From assembly GCA_040772365.1 (NCBI GenBank), contig JAXGYI010000006.1, positions 4,014-68,013 on the forward strand: 64,000 nt of DNA, written 5' to 3'. The notes beneath the pieces are model-generated. The model made no database searches, was not told the origin of the DNA, and saw only the letters and a program-made list of their open reading frames with translations. Positions 1-10,009 of this stretch are shown here, in pieces. The stretch's first letter is position 1. Every line of letters starts with the position of its first letter. Position numbers and translations under genes: made by a program. Source of the DNA: Candidatus Moraniibacteriota bacterium (GTDB lineage: Bacteria > Patescibacteriota > Minisyncoccia > Moranbacterales > GCA-2747515).

Positions 1-2
1 TC

Positions 3-401
3 ATGTTTATTCCGTCAGAGGCCGTGTACTATGATTTGCTGACGAATCGTGTTGGTGATAGCAATATGATTGAGTATGCGTTTCGTGAGCGACGTGTGGT
101 GATTGTGTCGCCAACGTCCTTTCTCGCATATTTGCAGACGGTTGTACAAGGGTTGCATGCGCTGGAGATTGAGGAGAATGCCAAGCATATTAAAGTGCGC
201 GTAGCACAGCTGAGTCGTCACTGGAATCATTTTGAAACCTACATTGCAAAAATGGGAAAATCACTCCAAACCACAGTTAATCACTACAACCGTGCCCACG
301 AGGAGCTTGGTAAAGTGGACCGCGACGTGATGCGTATCACCGGTCGTACAGAGCCATCATTTACAGTAGAGAGTGTGGATCGTCCACTGCTGGACACATA
401 A
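3..401 (+). CDS. rmuC: DNA recombination protein RmuC, C-terminal fragment (5' end outside window)
   Basis: ORF open at the window edge. 'MFIPSEAVYYDL...VVIVSPTSFLAYLQTV' matches the conserved RmuC C-terminal region. Confidence 0.55.
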   Translation: MFIPSEAVYYDLLTNRVGDSNMIEYAFRERRVVIVSPTSFLAYLQTVVQGLHALEIEENAKHIKVRVAQLSRHWNHFETYIAKMGKSLQTTVNHYNRAHEELGKVDRDVMRITGRTEPSFTVESVDRPLLDT

Positions 402-416
402 ACTGTATACACATTT

Positions 417-809
417 ATGAAAAAATATCACAAAATTATTCCACAGGTAATGCTACGTAATACGACGTACTGGAATAATGCGATCGTGCACTGGGTAGTA
501 ATTGCTATTATTTTTGTGTGGATTGCAAGTGTGATCATTCTTGCTATTTTTGTACATCCATCAGATGTACCGCTACGATTACAGTATAACGTTTTTTTTG
601 GAACAAGTTTGCATGCGCCGTGGTGGCAAGCATATCTCATTCCAGGCGTTGGTGCGTTATTTGCTATTGGTGATTTTTTTGTGGGACGCATGCTGTATAT
701 GGCAGAGGAGCGTGTTGCAGCGTACAGTATTTTACTGGGAGGGCTGTTTGCCGAAGTAGCAATGCTCATTGCCTGTGTCAGTATTGTCATGAATAATTTT
801 TTTCTGTAG
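417..809 (+). CDS. hypothetical small membrane protein (3-4 predicted TM helices)
   Basis: 130-aa ORF with hydrophobic helices; no recognisable motif. Confidence 0.4.
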   Translation: MKKYHKIIPQVMLRNTTYWNNAIVHWVVIAIIFVWIASVIILAIFVHPSDVPLRLQYNVFFGTSLHAPWWQAYLIPGVGALFAIGDFFVGRMLYMAEERVAAYSILLGGLFAEVAMLIACVSIVMNNFFL

Positions 810-812
810 TGT

Positions 813-2516
813 ATGAGCCGTCAATTTCATTTTCCCAATCCGCAAACAACCGAGCCGCGTGAGCGAAGAGCGCAGCGTATACTGGAGGTAATCCCGGCAC
901 TGATGACGTGGACGACACTGATTGGCATGGTTGTATTTTCATTTATTGCGCCGACGTGGATGGCTGTTGCCATCATTGCCTTTGATCTCTACTGGATCCA
1001 CCGTACAGTATTTATTGCATACTATTCTGTAAAGGCATACTTACAGCTACAGCGTGGTCAGCGTATTGATTGGTATGAGCGATGTACGCGTGTCGGTGAT
1101 CCAGATGACTATGCGCGTGATATTGCCAAGCGTATTGTAGAGACCACTACAGCATTACGTGGTGCGGGTTTACGGCGACGACGACAACTTCGTGCAGCCC
1201 GCAAAGAAGATCAAAAACTGCTAGCAACACTGCGATCCCTGGATCCGTCAGTGATTATGGATTGGCGTGACGTGATTCACGTGATACTATTGCCGACTGC
1301 CACGGAAGATGCTGCAAACATTGATCCAGCGATTGCATCTATTGCAGCAAGCAAGTATCCCAAAGACAAGATCATCATCCTTCTTGCCACAGAGGAACGT
1401 GAGGACGAAGAGCGACGCAGGAAGAAGGTGGACTTTTTAATGGAAAAATACGCTGGTGTTTTTCGCGATTTTCTCGTAACGACGCATGAGGTGGCAGATG
1501 GAGAAATGAAATGTAAAGCGTCTAATGCTGCCTATGCTGCGCGCAAACTGGAGGGATATCTTGCTGAGCATCATATTGCTCCTGAGCGGGTCGTGTTTTC
1601 CAATTTTGACTGTGAGTCTGTGGTGCACCCACAGTACCTTGCAGCACTAACCTATGAGTATATTATTTCTCCACGTCGTCTACAGCAGGCATATCAGCCG
1701 ATTCCGCTGTATCATAATAATTTATGGGATACAAATGCCTTTGTGCGCGTCATTGTGACAAGCTCATCGTTTTGGCACATGTTTCAAAGCACGCGTCGCG
1801 AGATGGTGACATTCTCCTCACATTCCGAAGCATTTAAGACGCTTAAAGATGTAAACTATTGGCCGGTAAACATGATTAGTGAGGACTCTATTATTTACTG
1901 GAAAGGGTATAGTTACTACAATGGCGACTACCAAGTCAAGCCGATCTACTTGCCGATCTCCATGGATGCAGTGCTAGCAGAGTCTTATATGAAAACGATT
2001 GTGAATCAATACAAGCAAAAGCGGCGGTGGGCATACGGTATTGAAAATTTTCCAGTGATTATGCGCGCTATTTGGCCTAATAAGAAAATTGCGATTACGG
2101 AGAAGTTACGTGTGGCAGCAGAGATGCTGGAAGGACACTGGTCATGGGCAACGGCGCCGTTTATTTTGGCGCTACTTGGGTGGTTGCCGTTGATTTTTGG
2201 CGGTACGGAATTTAATCAGAGTAACGTGGCACACATTTTGCCATACGTGACGCGTTTTTTGATGATGTTAGCAATGGGCGGGCTAGTAGTCTCTATATCT
2301 ATGTCAGTATTTCTTTTGCCACCACGCCCGAAGCAGTATAGCCGTACGCGCTATCTCTTCATGTTCCTGCAGTGGATTTTAGTGCCAATTATTTCACCAA
2401 CACTTGGATCGGTTCCTGCCATTGACTCGCAGACGCGCATTCTCTTGAAAAAATACTTTACGGAGTTTTGGGTCACAGAGAAAACGATTAAGCCTAATCC
2501 GACAAAGACATCGTAG
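813..2516 (+). CDS. GT2-family processive beta-glycosyltransferase (cellulose/chitin-synthase-like) with C-terminal TM domain
   Basis: DxD-like 'NFDCES', 'SED' (TED-like) and a 'QKRRW' = QxxRW motif. Multi-TM C-terminus. Starts 4 nt after the previous ORF. Confidence 0.6.
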   Translation: MSRQFHFPNPQTTEPRERRAQRILEVIPALMTWTTLIGMVVFSFIAPTWMAVAIIAFDLYWIHRTVFIAYYSVKAYLQLQRGQRIDWYERCTRVGDPDDYARDIAKRIVETTTALRGAGLRRRRQLRAARKEDQKLLATLRSLDPSVIMDWRDVIHVILLPTATEDAANIDPAIASIAASKYPKDKIIILLATEEREDEERRRKKVDFLMEKYAGVFRDFLVTTHEVADGEMKCKASNAAYAARKLEGYLAEHHIAPERVVFSNFDCESVVHPQYLAALTYEYIISPRRLQQAYQPIPLYHNNLWDTNAFVRVIVTSSSFWHMFQSTRREMVTFSSHSEAFKTLKDVNYWPVNMISEDSIIYWKGYSYYNGDYQVKPIYLPISMDAVLAESYMKTIVNQYKQKRRWAYGIENFPVIMRAIWPNKKIAITEKLRVAAEMLEGHWSWATAPFILALLGWLPLIFGGTEFNQSNVAHILPYVTRFLMMLAMGGLVVSISMSVFLLPPRPKQYSRTRYLFMFLQWILVPIISPTLGSVPAIDSQTRILLKKYFTEFWVTEKTIKPNPTKTS

Positions 2517-2518
2517 AC

Positions 2519-3559
2519 ATGGCAGAATATACAATCATGTACGTACGTCCGTTTTTAACAGCACTTTGCATATCTGTCATAGCATGCGCCGCTCTGTTCG
2601 GCGTGGCGCGCCAGATGCGGTATAAGGATCGACGACGTGGTGAACGACATCGGCACGGCATGGGCATTTCGCGTTTTGGTGGCATCGCGATGATTGTGGC
2701 ATTTTGTGTGACATTGGCGTTAGATCCTCTTCTTGTTTTTGATCGTACGGTATGGGTATTTGTAGTGGGTGCATGTACAATCCTTGTTTTTGGTGTTGTT
2801 GATGATGTATATCCGCTGAGTTGGCGTACACAGTTCTTTGTGCAGATCGCACTGGTTCTCGTCACATTTATTTTTGGTGCGCGCATTGCCTTTGTGACCC
2901 ATCCATTTGGGGGGATACTGCCACTCGTTATGGGTTCTATTACTCTGGGTAGCCTATTATTCATGTTGGTCTGGATGCCTGTAATTATGAATGCAATAAA
3001 TTGGGCAGATGGTATTGATGGTGTCGCTGGTGGTGTAGCTGTGATTGCTGCAGTAACAATTTTTGTTTTAGCGCTACGCCCCAATGTACTGCAACCGCCA
3101 ATTGCGATTATTGCTATCGTTTTTGCCGGCGCTGTTATGGGATTTCTTCTCTTCAATCTTCCGCCAGCGCGTATTCTTGCAGGAACGTCCGGTGCATTTT
3201 TTATGGGGTATGTTCTTGCGGTGATGGCAATTGTTGCCGGCGCAAAAGTGGGGACAACATTGATGGTTTTGGCAGTACCGCTTATGGATGCTGCATGGGT
3301 AACGATTGCGCGGGTGCGGCGCCACGCCTCTATCTTTCACGGCGATGTCGGACATATGCACCACAGACTGCTGCGGCGTGGATGGCGCGTGTGGCAGGTT
3401 GTTTTGTTTTATTATGCAGTAACAGCAGCCTGCGCCATGGTTGCACTCACGACCGTGTCACAGTACAAGTGGGGGGTATTTTTACTTATCGGACTAGGGA
3501 TCACAACATTCTTTCTTCTCTACACGCGTGACTCACGTTCTCGTATAGCGCTGTCATGA
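2519..3559 (+). CDS. MraY/WecA-family polyprenyl-phosphate N-acetylhexosamine-1-phosphate transferase (GT4)
   Basis: Signature 'NAINWADGIDGVAGG' plus 'VVDDVYP' Mg-binding motif. About 10 TM helices. Confidence 0.85.
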   Translation: MAEYTIMYVRPFLTALCISVIACAALFGVARQMRYKDRRRGERHRHGMGISRFGGIAMIVAFCVTLALDPLLVFDRTVWVFVVGACTILVFGVVDDVYPLSWRTQFFVQIALVLVTFIFGARIAFVTHPFGGILPLVMGSITLGSLLFMLVWMPVIMNAINWADGIDGVAGGVAVIAAVTIFVLALRPNVLQPPIAIIAIVFAGAVMGFLLFNLPPARILAGTSGAFFMGYVLAVMAIVAGAKVGTTLMVLAVPLMDAAWVTIARVRRHASIFHGDVGHMHHRLLRRGWRVWQVVLFYYAVTAACAMVALTTVSQYKWGVFLLIGLGITTFFLLYTRDSRSRIALS

Positions 3560-4008
3560 CAAAAAAATCCTTTTTCATTTTTGGCATACTAATGAGCATT
3601 CCGTGCAGTATTGCGGTATGGACCATACGTGATTTTGTGACCTATCGCCATACAGTAGTTATTAATGATACTGTAGTACGTGTTCGCGTAGCACATAGTC
3701 CATGGCAGCGTCGCCTTGGTCTTGGTGGAACGGCATATCTCTGTGATACATGTGGTATGCTCTTGCGTTTTGATCGTCTTGCTCCACATGCATTATGGAT
3801 GCGTGGTATGATTGTGAGCATTGATGCCATATGGATTTCTGGTGGTCGCGTTGTGGATGTGGCGCAAAACATGCAGTGGTGGCGCGGCACAGCAGATGTG
3901 CGCGTCTCGCAGAAAGCAGCTGATGCAGCTATAGAAGTACCTGCAGGATTTGTAAAAACGCACAATATTCGTATAGGTGATGCAGTGATCTATGGGGATG
4001 TTGAGTGA
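3556..4008 (+). CDS. DUF192 (COG1430) family secreted protein
   Basis: N-terminal signal-like helix. 'RRLGLGG...GMLLRFD...LWMRGMIVSIDAIWIS...GDAV' fits the DUF192 consensus. Overlaps the upstream gene by 4 nt. Confidence 0.5.
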   Translation: MTKKSFFIFGILMSIPCSIAVWTIRDFVTYRHTVVINDTVVRVRVAHSPWQRRLGLGGTAYLCDTCGMLLRFDRLAPHALWMRGMIVSIDAIWISGGRVVDVAQNMQWWRGTADVRVSQKAADAAIEVPAGFVKTHNIRIGDAVIYGDVE

Positions 4009-4055
4009 TTGGTGTAGATGATCTATAATGACAAGGAGACATATATCACTGGTGA

Positions 4056-7046
4056 TTGTCGCAATATTTCATTAGTCAAACATTTTTTATGGAACAGAAG
4101 CCATGGTTTACACGGAACGTTTCACAGTATCGATCAGCCGGTGCACCACCGCGCCAGGGACGTGCGGCAAAAGATCCGCGTATACGCATGCAGCAACAAC
4201 GCTCCGGCACTGTAGCGACCCAACGCGAACCCCTTATAAAAAAACCCACGATGCACATGCCACCGCAAGCGATGCGTACAGCGCCATCTGAACATACACA
4301 GCCGCAACACCCCAAGAAACGCAGCGTATGGATTTTGGACAAGGTGATTGCACTGTGCGTGTGGATGCTATTTTTTGGTGTGCCGCTCTTCTTTCTTAAT
4401 GTGGCGTATCAAGGAGTTGCTTTTGAAAAGCAATACTATTTCTATACGTGGACATTTATTGGTGGTGCGGCTTTTGTAATACGGAGCATGATGGGCGTGA
4501 CAAGCATCATTCGGCGCACGCCGCTCGATATACCCATTGCAGTGCTATGGTGCGTCGTAGTGATATCCGCACTGTTTTCTGTTGATCGATATCATAGCGC
4601 GTTTGGGTTTTTTGGTACGCCTGTAATGGGTGTTGTTAGCCTTACGGCAGTCATTGTTGCGTACTATATTATCGTTTCGACATTTACGCGCGCACGTATG
4701 GTGCAGATATGGTGGGCTGTTATAGCAAGCGGCGCGCTCGTGACTGCATGGTCTTTTGCCGCAACGATGCGGTTCATTGGTCAGGATATTCTCGCAATTA
4801 TACCTGGAACACTAACGGGTACATTTTCAGGGTTAACGGTATATCTGGGGATGCTTTTACCATTTTTAATCCTCACGCCATCCGTTATTGGTAATACACG
4901 CACAAAACTTGTCACAGGTATTGCTGCGATTTTGATTATCTTGAATGGTATGACACTTTCGGCGCTGTATGGCTATGTGCAGTGGTATGTAATTCTTGGT
5001 GCAGTTGGACTTCTCGTTGCATTCATGATCAGCCGTCTCGTGCACTCTACACAGGAGGGTAAGGGTATGGCTATTGGCGTTTTCTTGGCACTGATGTTCC
5101 TCTTCTTGTGGGGGCAGCCACTGGTGACACGTATTGCTATTCAGCCTGAACCTGTCATGACACATGCGCTCTCATGGACGATTGCAAAAGGTGCACTATC
5201 ATCGCGCCCGCTGCTTGGCAGTGGACCAGGAACATATGGATATCACTTCTCCCTTTTTGCGCCAAATACTCTTAATAAGAATGGCGACTACGATACACGC
5301 GCTTTTGTTGGTCGTGGCATGGTGATGGACGGTATTGCTACGATTGGTATTCTTGGCGTGATTGCGCTCTGTATTGTCTTTTTTACGTATATTGGCACAG
5401 CTTGGATTGCCTGCGTGCATGACAAACGCGATGAGTCACTGACAGTAGCTACATTGGGATTTTTCATAGCGTCGGTGGTGGCTGCGGTATACAGTCTTGT
5501 GTGGGCTATTGATGGGATGATTATGCTGTATGGCGTACTCCTTGCTGCGGCATGTATGGGCGGTATTGCTTTATCATCAGAGAGGCGTGCTGCAAAGACG
5601 TGGACATTTACATTTATGTCGTCACCGCAGCACGCGCTATCTTTTGCCTTTCTCTCCATTGTGGGGGCAGTGCTTGCCGTTTTTGGGTTTGTGACTCTGG
5701 GCAAGATGTTTATTGCAGATGTCTATGCGCGCGCAGCATTTGCTGCATATCGAGACAATGATACAGATCGCGCTACAGCATTTTTTCAGAAAACAATTAA
5801 TTTAAATGGCAAAGAGGGGCGCTACTATATCCTCATCGCACAATATGGACTGGATCTTGCGATGCGTGAAGCGCGCCAGCCTACTGATCAGCAAAACCGT
5901 GATGCGATTGCTACGTTTATTGTCAGTGCCGCCGGAGCAGCAAGTATGGGATGCGATCTTATGCCAAATGATGCCTTCGCTCATGAAATTAAGGGAATTG
6001 TTTTGGAAAATAGTGGCGGATATGTACAGAGTGCGGCAGATGACGCTTTGGCATCGTATCAGCGTGCCGGCGCATTAGAGCCGCATAATCCGCAGTTTGA
6101 TATTGCCATTGGGCGAATGCAATTAGTGAAGGCGCAGACAAAGACGGGAGAGCAGGCGGGACAGGAGCGCAAAGCCCTTGTCGAGGATGCCAAAAAATCT
6201 TTTGAGGCGGCACGAGATAAGACGACATTTCTATACGGCAATAGTGATGTCAGCCTCTTTGCCCCGGCGCACTATTATTTTGCAGTGACGCAGGAGGCAT
6301 TGGGCGACATCGATAGTGCGATTACGGCTATGGATACGGCACTAGCTGTTTCACAGAACGCCTCTAGTTCAGCGCCCTCTGATGATGTAAAGGCGCAGAG
6401 TGTGAATTATGCATTTCATCTCGCGCGCATGCTACAGGTGCGTCACGCCGAGGGGGACATTGAACAGGCGGAACGTATCTTACAGAATATTATTGCCGTA
6501 CGTACTAATGATGTAGATGCTACAATTGCGCTTGGATTGCTATATGAGAAGGATGGCAAGAAAGATGCTGCTATTGCACAGTATGAAAAAGTATTAACGT
6601 TTTTACCAGAAGATGATACAGAGTCCCGTGACACCGTACAGAAGATGATTGATGCGGTACGTGATGGCAGAGGCAATACCGCAGCACAGCACGAAGACGG
6701 TCCAGCGCGGAGTGTTGTTCCTGCAGAATTTCGTGAAGATCAGACTTCTCACCTAGCACTGCCGCGCGTAGTCATCGTCCATGATACAGCATCTGAGGAG
6801 CATGCTGCCAAAGGTGGTGATATCTTGCGCAGCAATGACTATGAGGTAGAAACGCGCCATAGCGAGAATGCGTCAACTGGGGTAACCGTATTGTATCGTG
6901 ATGAGATACATCTTGGTGCTGCACAGGAATTAGCGAATCTGCTACGCGCGCAATTTCCAGAGATCACGGTTTCGCATAACGACAGTGTTTTAGCATCCTA
7001 TGCGGAGTTTGATATTCTTGTAGATATTGGTCAGGACGAACCGTAA
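4056..7046 (+). CDS. large envelope protein: Wzy/O-antigen-ligase-like polytopic membrane domain + TPR repeats + C-terminal LytR_C-like domain
   Basis: Residues about 90-560 are a 10-12 TM domain. The C-terminal third has TPR-like 'LGLLYEKDGKKDAAIAQYEKVL'. The last about 100 aa 'VVIVHDTASEEH...VTVLYRDEIHLGAAQELANLL...FDILVDIGQD' resembles LytR_C. The true start is uncertain (several in-frame Met). Confidence 0.5.
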   Translation: MSQYFISQTFFMEQKPWFTRNVSQYRSAGAPPRQGRAAKDPRIRMQQQRSGTVATQREPLIKKPTMHMPPQAMRTAPSEHTQPQHPKKRSVWILDKVIALCVWMLFFGVPLFFLNVAYQGVAFEKQYYFYTWTFIGGAAFVIRSMMGVTSIIRRTPLDIPIAVLWCVVVISALFSVDRYHSAFGFFGTPVMGVVSLTAVIVAYYIIVSTFTRARMVQIWWAVIASGALVTAWSFAATMRFIGQDILAIIPGTLTGTFSGLTVYLGMLLPFLILTPSVIGNTRTKLVTGIAAILIILNGMTLSALYGYVQWYVILGAVGLLVAFMISRLVHSTQEGKGMAIGVFLALMFLFLWGQPLVTRIAIQPEPVMTHALSWTIAKGALSSRPLLGSGPGTYGYHFSLFAPNTLNKNGDYDTRAFVGRGMVMDGIATIGILGVIALCIVFFTYIGTAWIACVHDKRDESLTVATLGFFIASVVAAVYSLVWAIDGMIMLYGVLLAAACMGGIALSSERRAAKTWTFTFMSSPQHALSFAFLSIVGAVLAVFGFVTLGKMFIADVYARAAFAAYRDNDTDRATAFFQKTINLNGKEGRYYILIAQYGLDLAMREARQPTDQQNRDAIATFIVSAAGAASMGCDLMPNDAFAHEIKGIVLENSGGYVQSAADDALASYQRAGALEPHNPQFDIAIGRMQLVKAQTKTGEQAGQERKALVEDAKKSFEAARDKTTFLYGNSDVSLFAPAHYYFAVTQEALGDIDSAITAMDTALAVSQNASSSAPSDDVKAQSVNYAFHLARMLQVRHAEGDIEQAERILQNIIAVRTNDVDATIALGLLYEKDGKKDAAIAQYEKVLTFLPEDDTESRDTVQKMIDAVRDGRGNTAAQHEDGPARSVVPAEFREDQTSHLALPRVVIVHDTASEEHAAKGGDILRSNDYEVETRHSENASTGVTVLYRDEIHLGAAQELANLLRAQFPEITVSHNDSVLASYAEFDILVDIGQDEP

Positions 7047-7124
7047 TACATAGGATGACGGTGATCACGAAGATGGGATAATTGACGACAGGAATATTTT
7101 AGTGTAGGATTGGCAATGTGTCAG

Positions 7125-7197
7125 GCGCCGTTAGCTCAGTCGGTAGAGCAGTTGGCTCTTAACCAAACGGTCGGGGGTTCAAATCCCTCACGGCGCA
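7125..7197 (+). tRNA. tRNA-Lys (anticodon CTT)
   Basis: Cloverleaf GCGCCGT/ACGGCGC acceptor. Anticodon stem GTTGG/CCAAC with loop CTCTTAA. T-loop GGTTCAAAT. Confidence 0.9.
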
Positions 7198-7279
7198 CAT
7201 ACAGAACATGCCTCCTCTCTGAGAAGGCATTTTCTGTAGAAGGGTATAGTACACATCAGAGAATTTCGCAGATCTTACT

Positions 7280-7353
7280 GCCTCGGTAGCTCAGCGGATC
7301 AGAGCAGCGGGCTTCTATCCCGTTGGTCGGGGGTTCGAATCCCTCCCGGGGCA
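7280..7353 (+). tRNA. tRNA-Arg (anticodon TCT)
   Basis: Acceptor GCCTCGG/CCGGGGC. Anticodon loop CTTCTAT. T-arm GGGGGTTCGAATCCCTC. Confidence 0.9.
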
Positions 7354-7514
7354 CAATAGCACAACCCTTCAACATTCCTGATCCACTTGTGCTTTCTAGT
7401 CTATCTTTCGTAGTGAGAACGATTCAGGAGAAGAAAAGAAGTCAATAGGCGGAATATCGCAATTGGCTTTTTTTCATTTTTTAACTGAAGTGTAAAAACA
7501 GTGAAGACATTAGA

Positions 7515-8798
7515 CTATCGGCCATTTTTTGCGATATACTCATCCCATTGTTTTTTAGACCAGTCTTTGGGTTTTTCAGTGAGTTTTGCTACATCGCCGG
7601 GACGGGGATAATCTTTTGGCGATTTATAATTACTGTTGAAAACATCATTAATAACAATATCCCCATCTTGATTTGTCACCTTTTGGGTAAAGGTTGTTTT
7701 CATGGCGCCGTCGGGTTGGCGATCAATGATGTGGGGACCATTCATGGTGACAGTACGTCCATCATGCGTACCGTAGTAGGTGAAGGTAATATCTGATCCG
7801 ACAATGGCGAGGTTGATGAGGATATAGCCTGGCGTGTTATTGATGAAGCGAAAGTCTGGCGATGGGACGTAGATAGCAGCATCAAAGCCGATTGGCGAGT
7901 AGTACTGTACAGGATAGGAATGATTACGCCGCTGGGTAATCTTCATGCCAGTGTTGATCGCACTGCGGAACATGGTTGTGGATACTTGGCAGATGCCACC
8001 ACCAAACTCTGGCTTAGTTTCATTATCGCGGATGACAAGTTCTTCCGTATAACCATGTGCAGCGTCAACGGGTCCGAGAATTTTGACAAAAGAAAACTCT
8101 TCATTTGGCGCGATGAGAATACCGTCAAAGCGACGTGCAGATACGGTGATGTTATGAATCCGCGCAGCTGTAGATCCGCGAAAATTTGATACTCCGGATC
8201 CAAGAACATCTTTAATACCAAGATCATGGGCATTGGCGCTTGTTACGTGTGCTGGTAGGGTGGTAGCAATCATCTCTATGTCGTGTGGCGGTGGTTGTGA
8301 TAGGAGTGTTTTCGCAATACGTTCTACAGTCTGATCTACGTCGAGCACAATACCATCCTGGTGTGGTGCAATTTCTTGTAGAGTTTGGCTTTCTGCGTTA
8401 AAGCGCAGGCGTGCGTTGACGGGATCAGTATTGATGCGACGTGCAAGATCAGTAACAAATGCTGTCAGTGCGCTTGTACTGATTGCAGGTGCGGATGGTA
8501 GGGTACGCGTTGTAAATGCAGCAGCAGTGGTGTTGGTGAGTAGGCATGGTGTATCACTGCGTAGGGTAGTGCAAAATAACAGTGCTTCAATTTCACTGTG
8601 GTATGTTGCGTCATAGACACGGTGAACATCCTTGCGCATAAATGACGCAACGTCCTTTTCAGTCAGTATTTCTTTTTTTACACCATGTAAACGCAGCGTT
8701 ACAGCAGATGGTGACTGTGCGTGTGTGGTGTGTGCAGTGCTAGCCAGAGAAAGTGTGCTAATAGCAATGCAGCTGTATGTAATAATACGAAAAAACAT
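7515..8798 (-). CDS. VanW-domain protein with N-terminal signal peptide
   Basis: 'EFSFVKILGPVDAAHGYTEELVIRDNE...GGGICQVSTTMFRSAINTGMKITQRRNHSY' is the VanW core. Confidence 0.7.
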   Translation of the reverse strand: MFFRIITYSCIAISTLSLASTAHTTHAQSPSAVTLRLHGVKKEILTEKDVASFMRKDVHRVYDATYHSEIEALLFCTTLRSDTPCLLTNTTAAAFTTRTLPSAPAISTSALTAFVTDLARRINTDPVNARLRFNAESQTLQEIAPHQDGIVLDVDQTVERIAKTLLSQPPPHDIEMIATTLPAHVTSANAHDLGIKDVLGSGVSNFRGSTAARIHNITVSARRFDGILIAPNEEFSFVKILGPVDAAHGYTEELVIRDNETKPEFGGGICQVSTTMFRSAINTGMKITQRRNHSYPVQYYSPIGFDAAIYVPSPDFRFINNTPGYILINLAIVGSDITFTYYGTHDGRTVTMNGPHIIDRQPDGAMKTTFTQKVTNQDGDIVINDVFNSNYKSPKDYPRPGDVAKLTEKPKDWSKKQWDEYIAKNGR

Positions 8799-8820
8799 GC
8801 GCTATATACTCAAACACACG

Positions 8821-8845
8821 AATAAAAGAGGGTAGGAAAACCCTC
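8821..8845 (-). terminator. putative intrinsic terminator downstream of the Hsp20 gene
   Basis: GAGGGT-aggaaa-ACCCTC hairpin, followed on the minus strand by TTTTATT. Confidence 0.4.
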
Positions 8846-8886
8846 CTTTAGTATAGTGTATTATTGAGTCTCTTACAATATTATTT

Positions 8887-9459
8887 TTAGAATCCACGTA
8901 CTTGAATCTTCTTCGTCTTTGTCACATCAGCTTTCGGTAGACGAATAGTCAAGATGCCATTTTTGAGGGTAGCATCAATTTTATCAGCTAAGACATCCAT
9001 AGGGAGGACGATAGATCGAGAAAATGACCCCCAATAGCACTCGCGATAGTAGTAGTTATTTTCATCCACAACTTCTTCATTTTTGCGATCACCTTTGATG
9101 GTAATCATATCATTGCTAATAGACACATCCAAATCCTCCGGCTTAACCCCGGCGATTGTTGACTTGATCACGATCTCCGTGTCTGTTTGGTATACATCAA
9201 TTGTCAACTGCCCCTCAGCATCATCTGCAGATGCTGCATGTTGCGGCATCATTTCTTGCGTATCGCCGCCCCAGTTGTCCTGTGGCAGTGTCATAGATGT
9301 ATCTTGGTAATCTACCTGCATCTGCATTTCCTGATCACCGCCATACACAGGCATAGACATTGGCTGATCGTGCAGGGTGTGCTGTTCCGGCTCTTGTGAT
9401 CCGGAGAATCGATTGAGAAAAGAGCGTTTTTCTTTCATAAAATGTGGGTTAACTAGCAA
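8887..9459 (-). CDS. Hsp20/alpha-crystallin family small heat-shock protein
   Basis: Alpha-crystallin domain 'IDVYQTDTEIVIKSTIAGVKPEDLDVSISNDMITIKGDRK...GSFSRSIVLPMDVLADKIDATLKNGILTIRLPK'. Confidence 0.85.
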   Translation of the reverse strand: MLVNPHFMKEKRSFLNRFSGSQEPEQHTLHDQPMSMPVYGGDQEMQMQVDYQDTSMTLPQDNWGGDTQEMMPQHAASADDAEGQLTIDVYQTDTEIVIKSTIAGVKPEDLDVSISNDMITIKGDRKNEEVVDENNYYYRECYWGSFSRSIVLPMDVLADKIDATLKNGILTIRLPKADVTKTKKIQVRGF

Positions 9460-9505
9460 TCACTTCTACGCGTTCATTATAAACCACAAGACGAATTGGC
9501 GCAAG

Positions 9506-10009
9506 TCATGCGGTATGGTGGAGGAGAAAGATGAGTGCATTGCCAGTGGCGTGGAGAAGAATAGTGCTGAGAAGTGCAATGACAATGCGCTGTGCAGCAG
9601 AGAGGGTATGACGCTGTGTCAACATGATTACAGCGATACTACTTACGGTGATATGGATCAGAAGTGGGGGGATTGTAGAGAGCGGTGATGTTGGCATTGT
9701 ACCCATCAGACGCAGCATCAGCTCAGTCGCCCAAAATCCGCCACCAAGACTTACGCCGTGCCACAATGCTGCTGTAGGCATCAGAGAGGCGCGGAGAAAC
9801 ATTTTTGCAATGAGAAGGACTCGCACACACTCTTCAATGCACGCAGCGAGGATGATGGCGGGGAGTGCATGAGACAGTATTGGCGTAGTATAGGAGAGCT
9901 GTTGAGGGTCGTACAGAAATACGTCTGTGACAATCATAATGCCAACCTGTGGAAGGAGTGCGATAGCAGCGATGAGAATGCCGAGGATGAATGATATGCC
10001 GTAGTTCAT
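9506..10009 (-). CDS. polytopic membrane protein, possibly CPBP (CAAX-protease-like) family
   Basis: 5-6 TM helices. HxxxN motif 'HATGN' and a weak EExxR-like 'EECVR'. Tentative. Confidence 0.35.
   Translation of the reverse strand: MNYGISFILGILIAAIALLPQVGIMIVTDVFLYDPQQLSYTTPILSHALPAIILAACIEECVRVLLIAKMFLRASLMPTAALWHGVSLGGGFWATELMLRLMGTMPTSPLSTIPPLLIHITVSSIAVIMLTQRHTLSAAQRIVIALLSTILLHATGNALIFLLHHTA

Noticed and set aside
2494-3156. 220-aa ORF on the minus strand
   Set aside because: It completely overlaps the strongly supported MraY/WecA-family gene on the opposite strand and has low-complexity Thr/Ala-rich composition typical of antisense artefacts.
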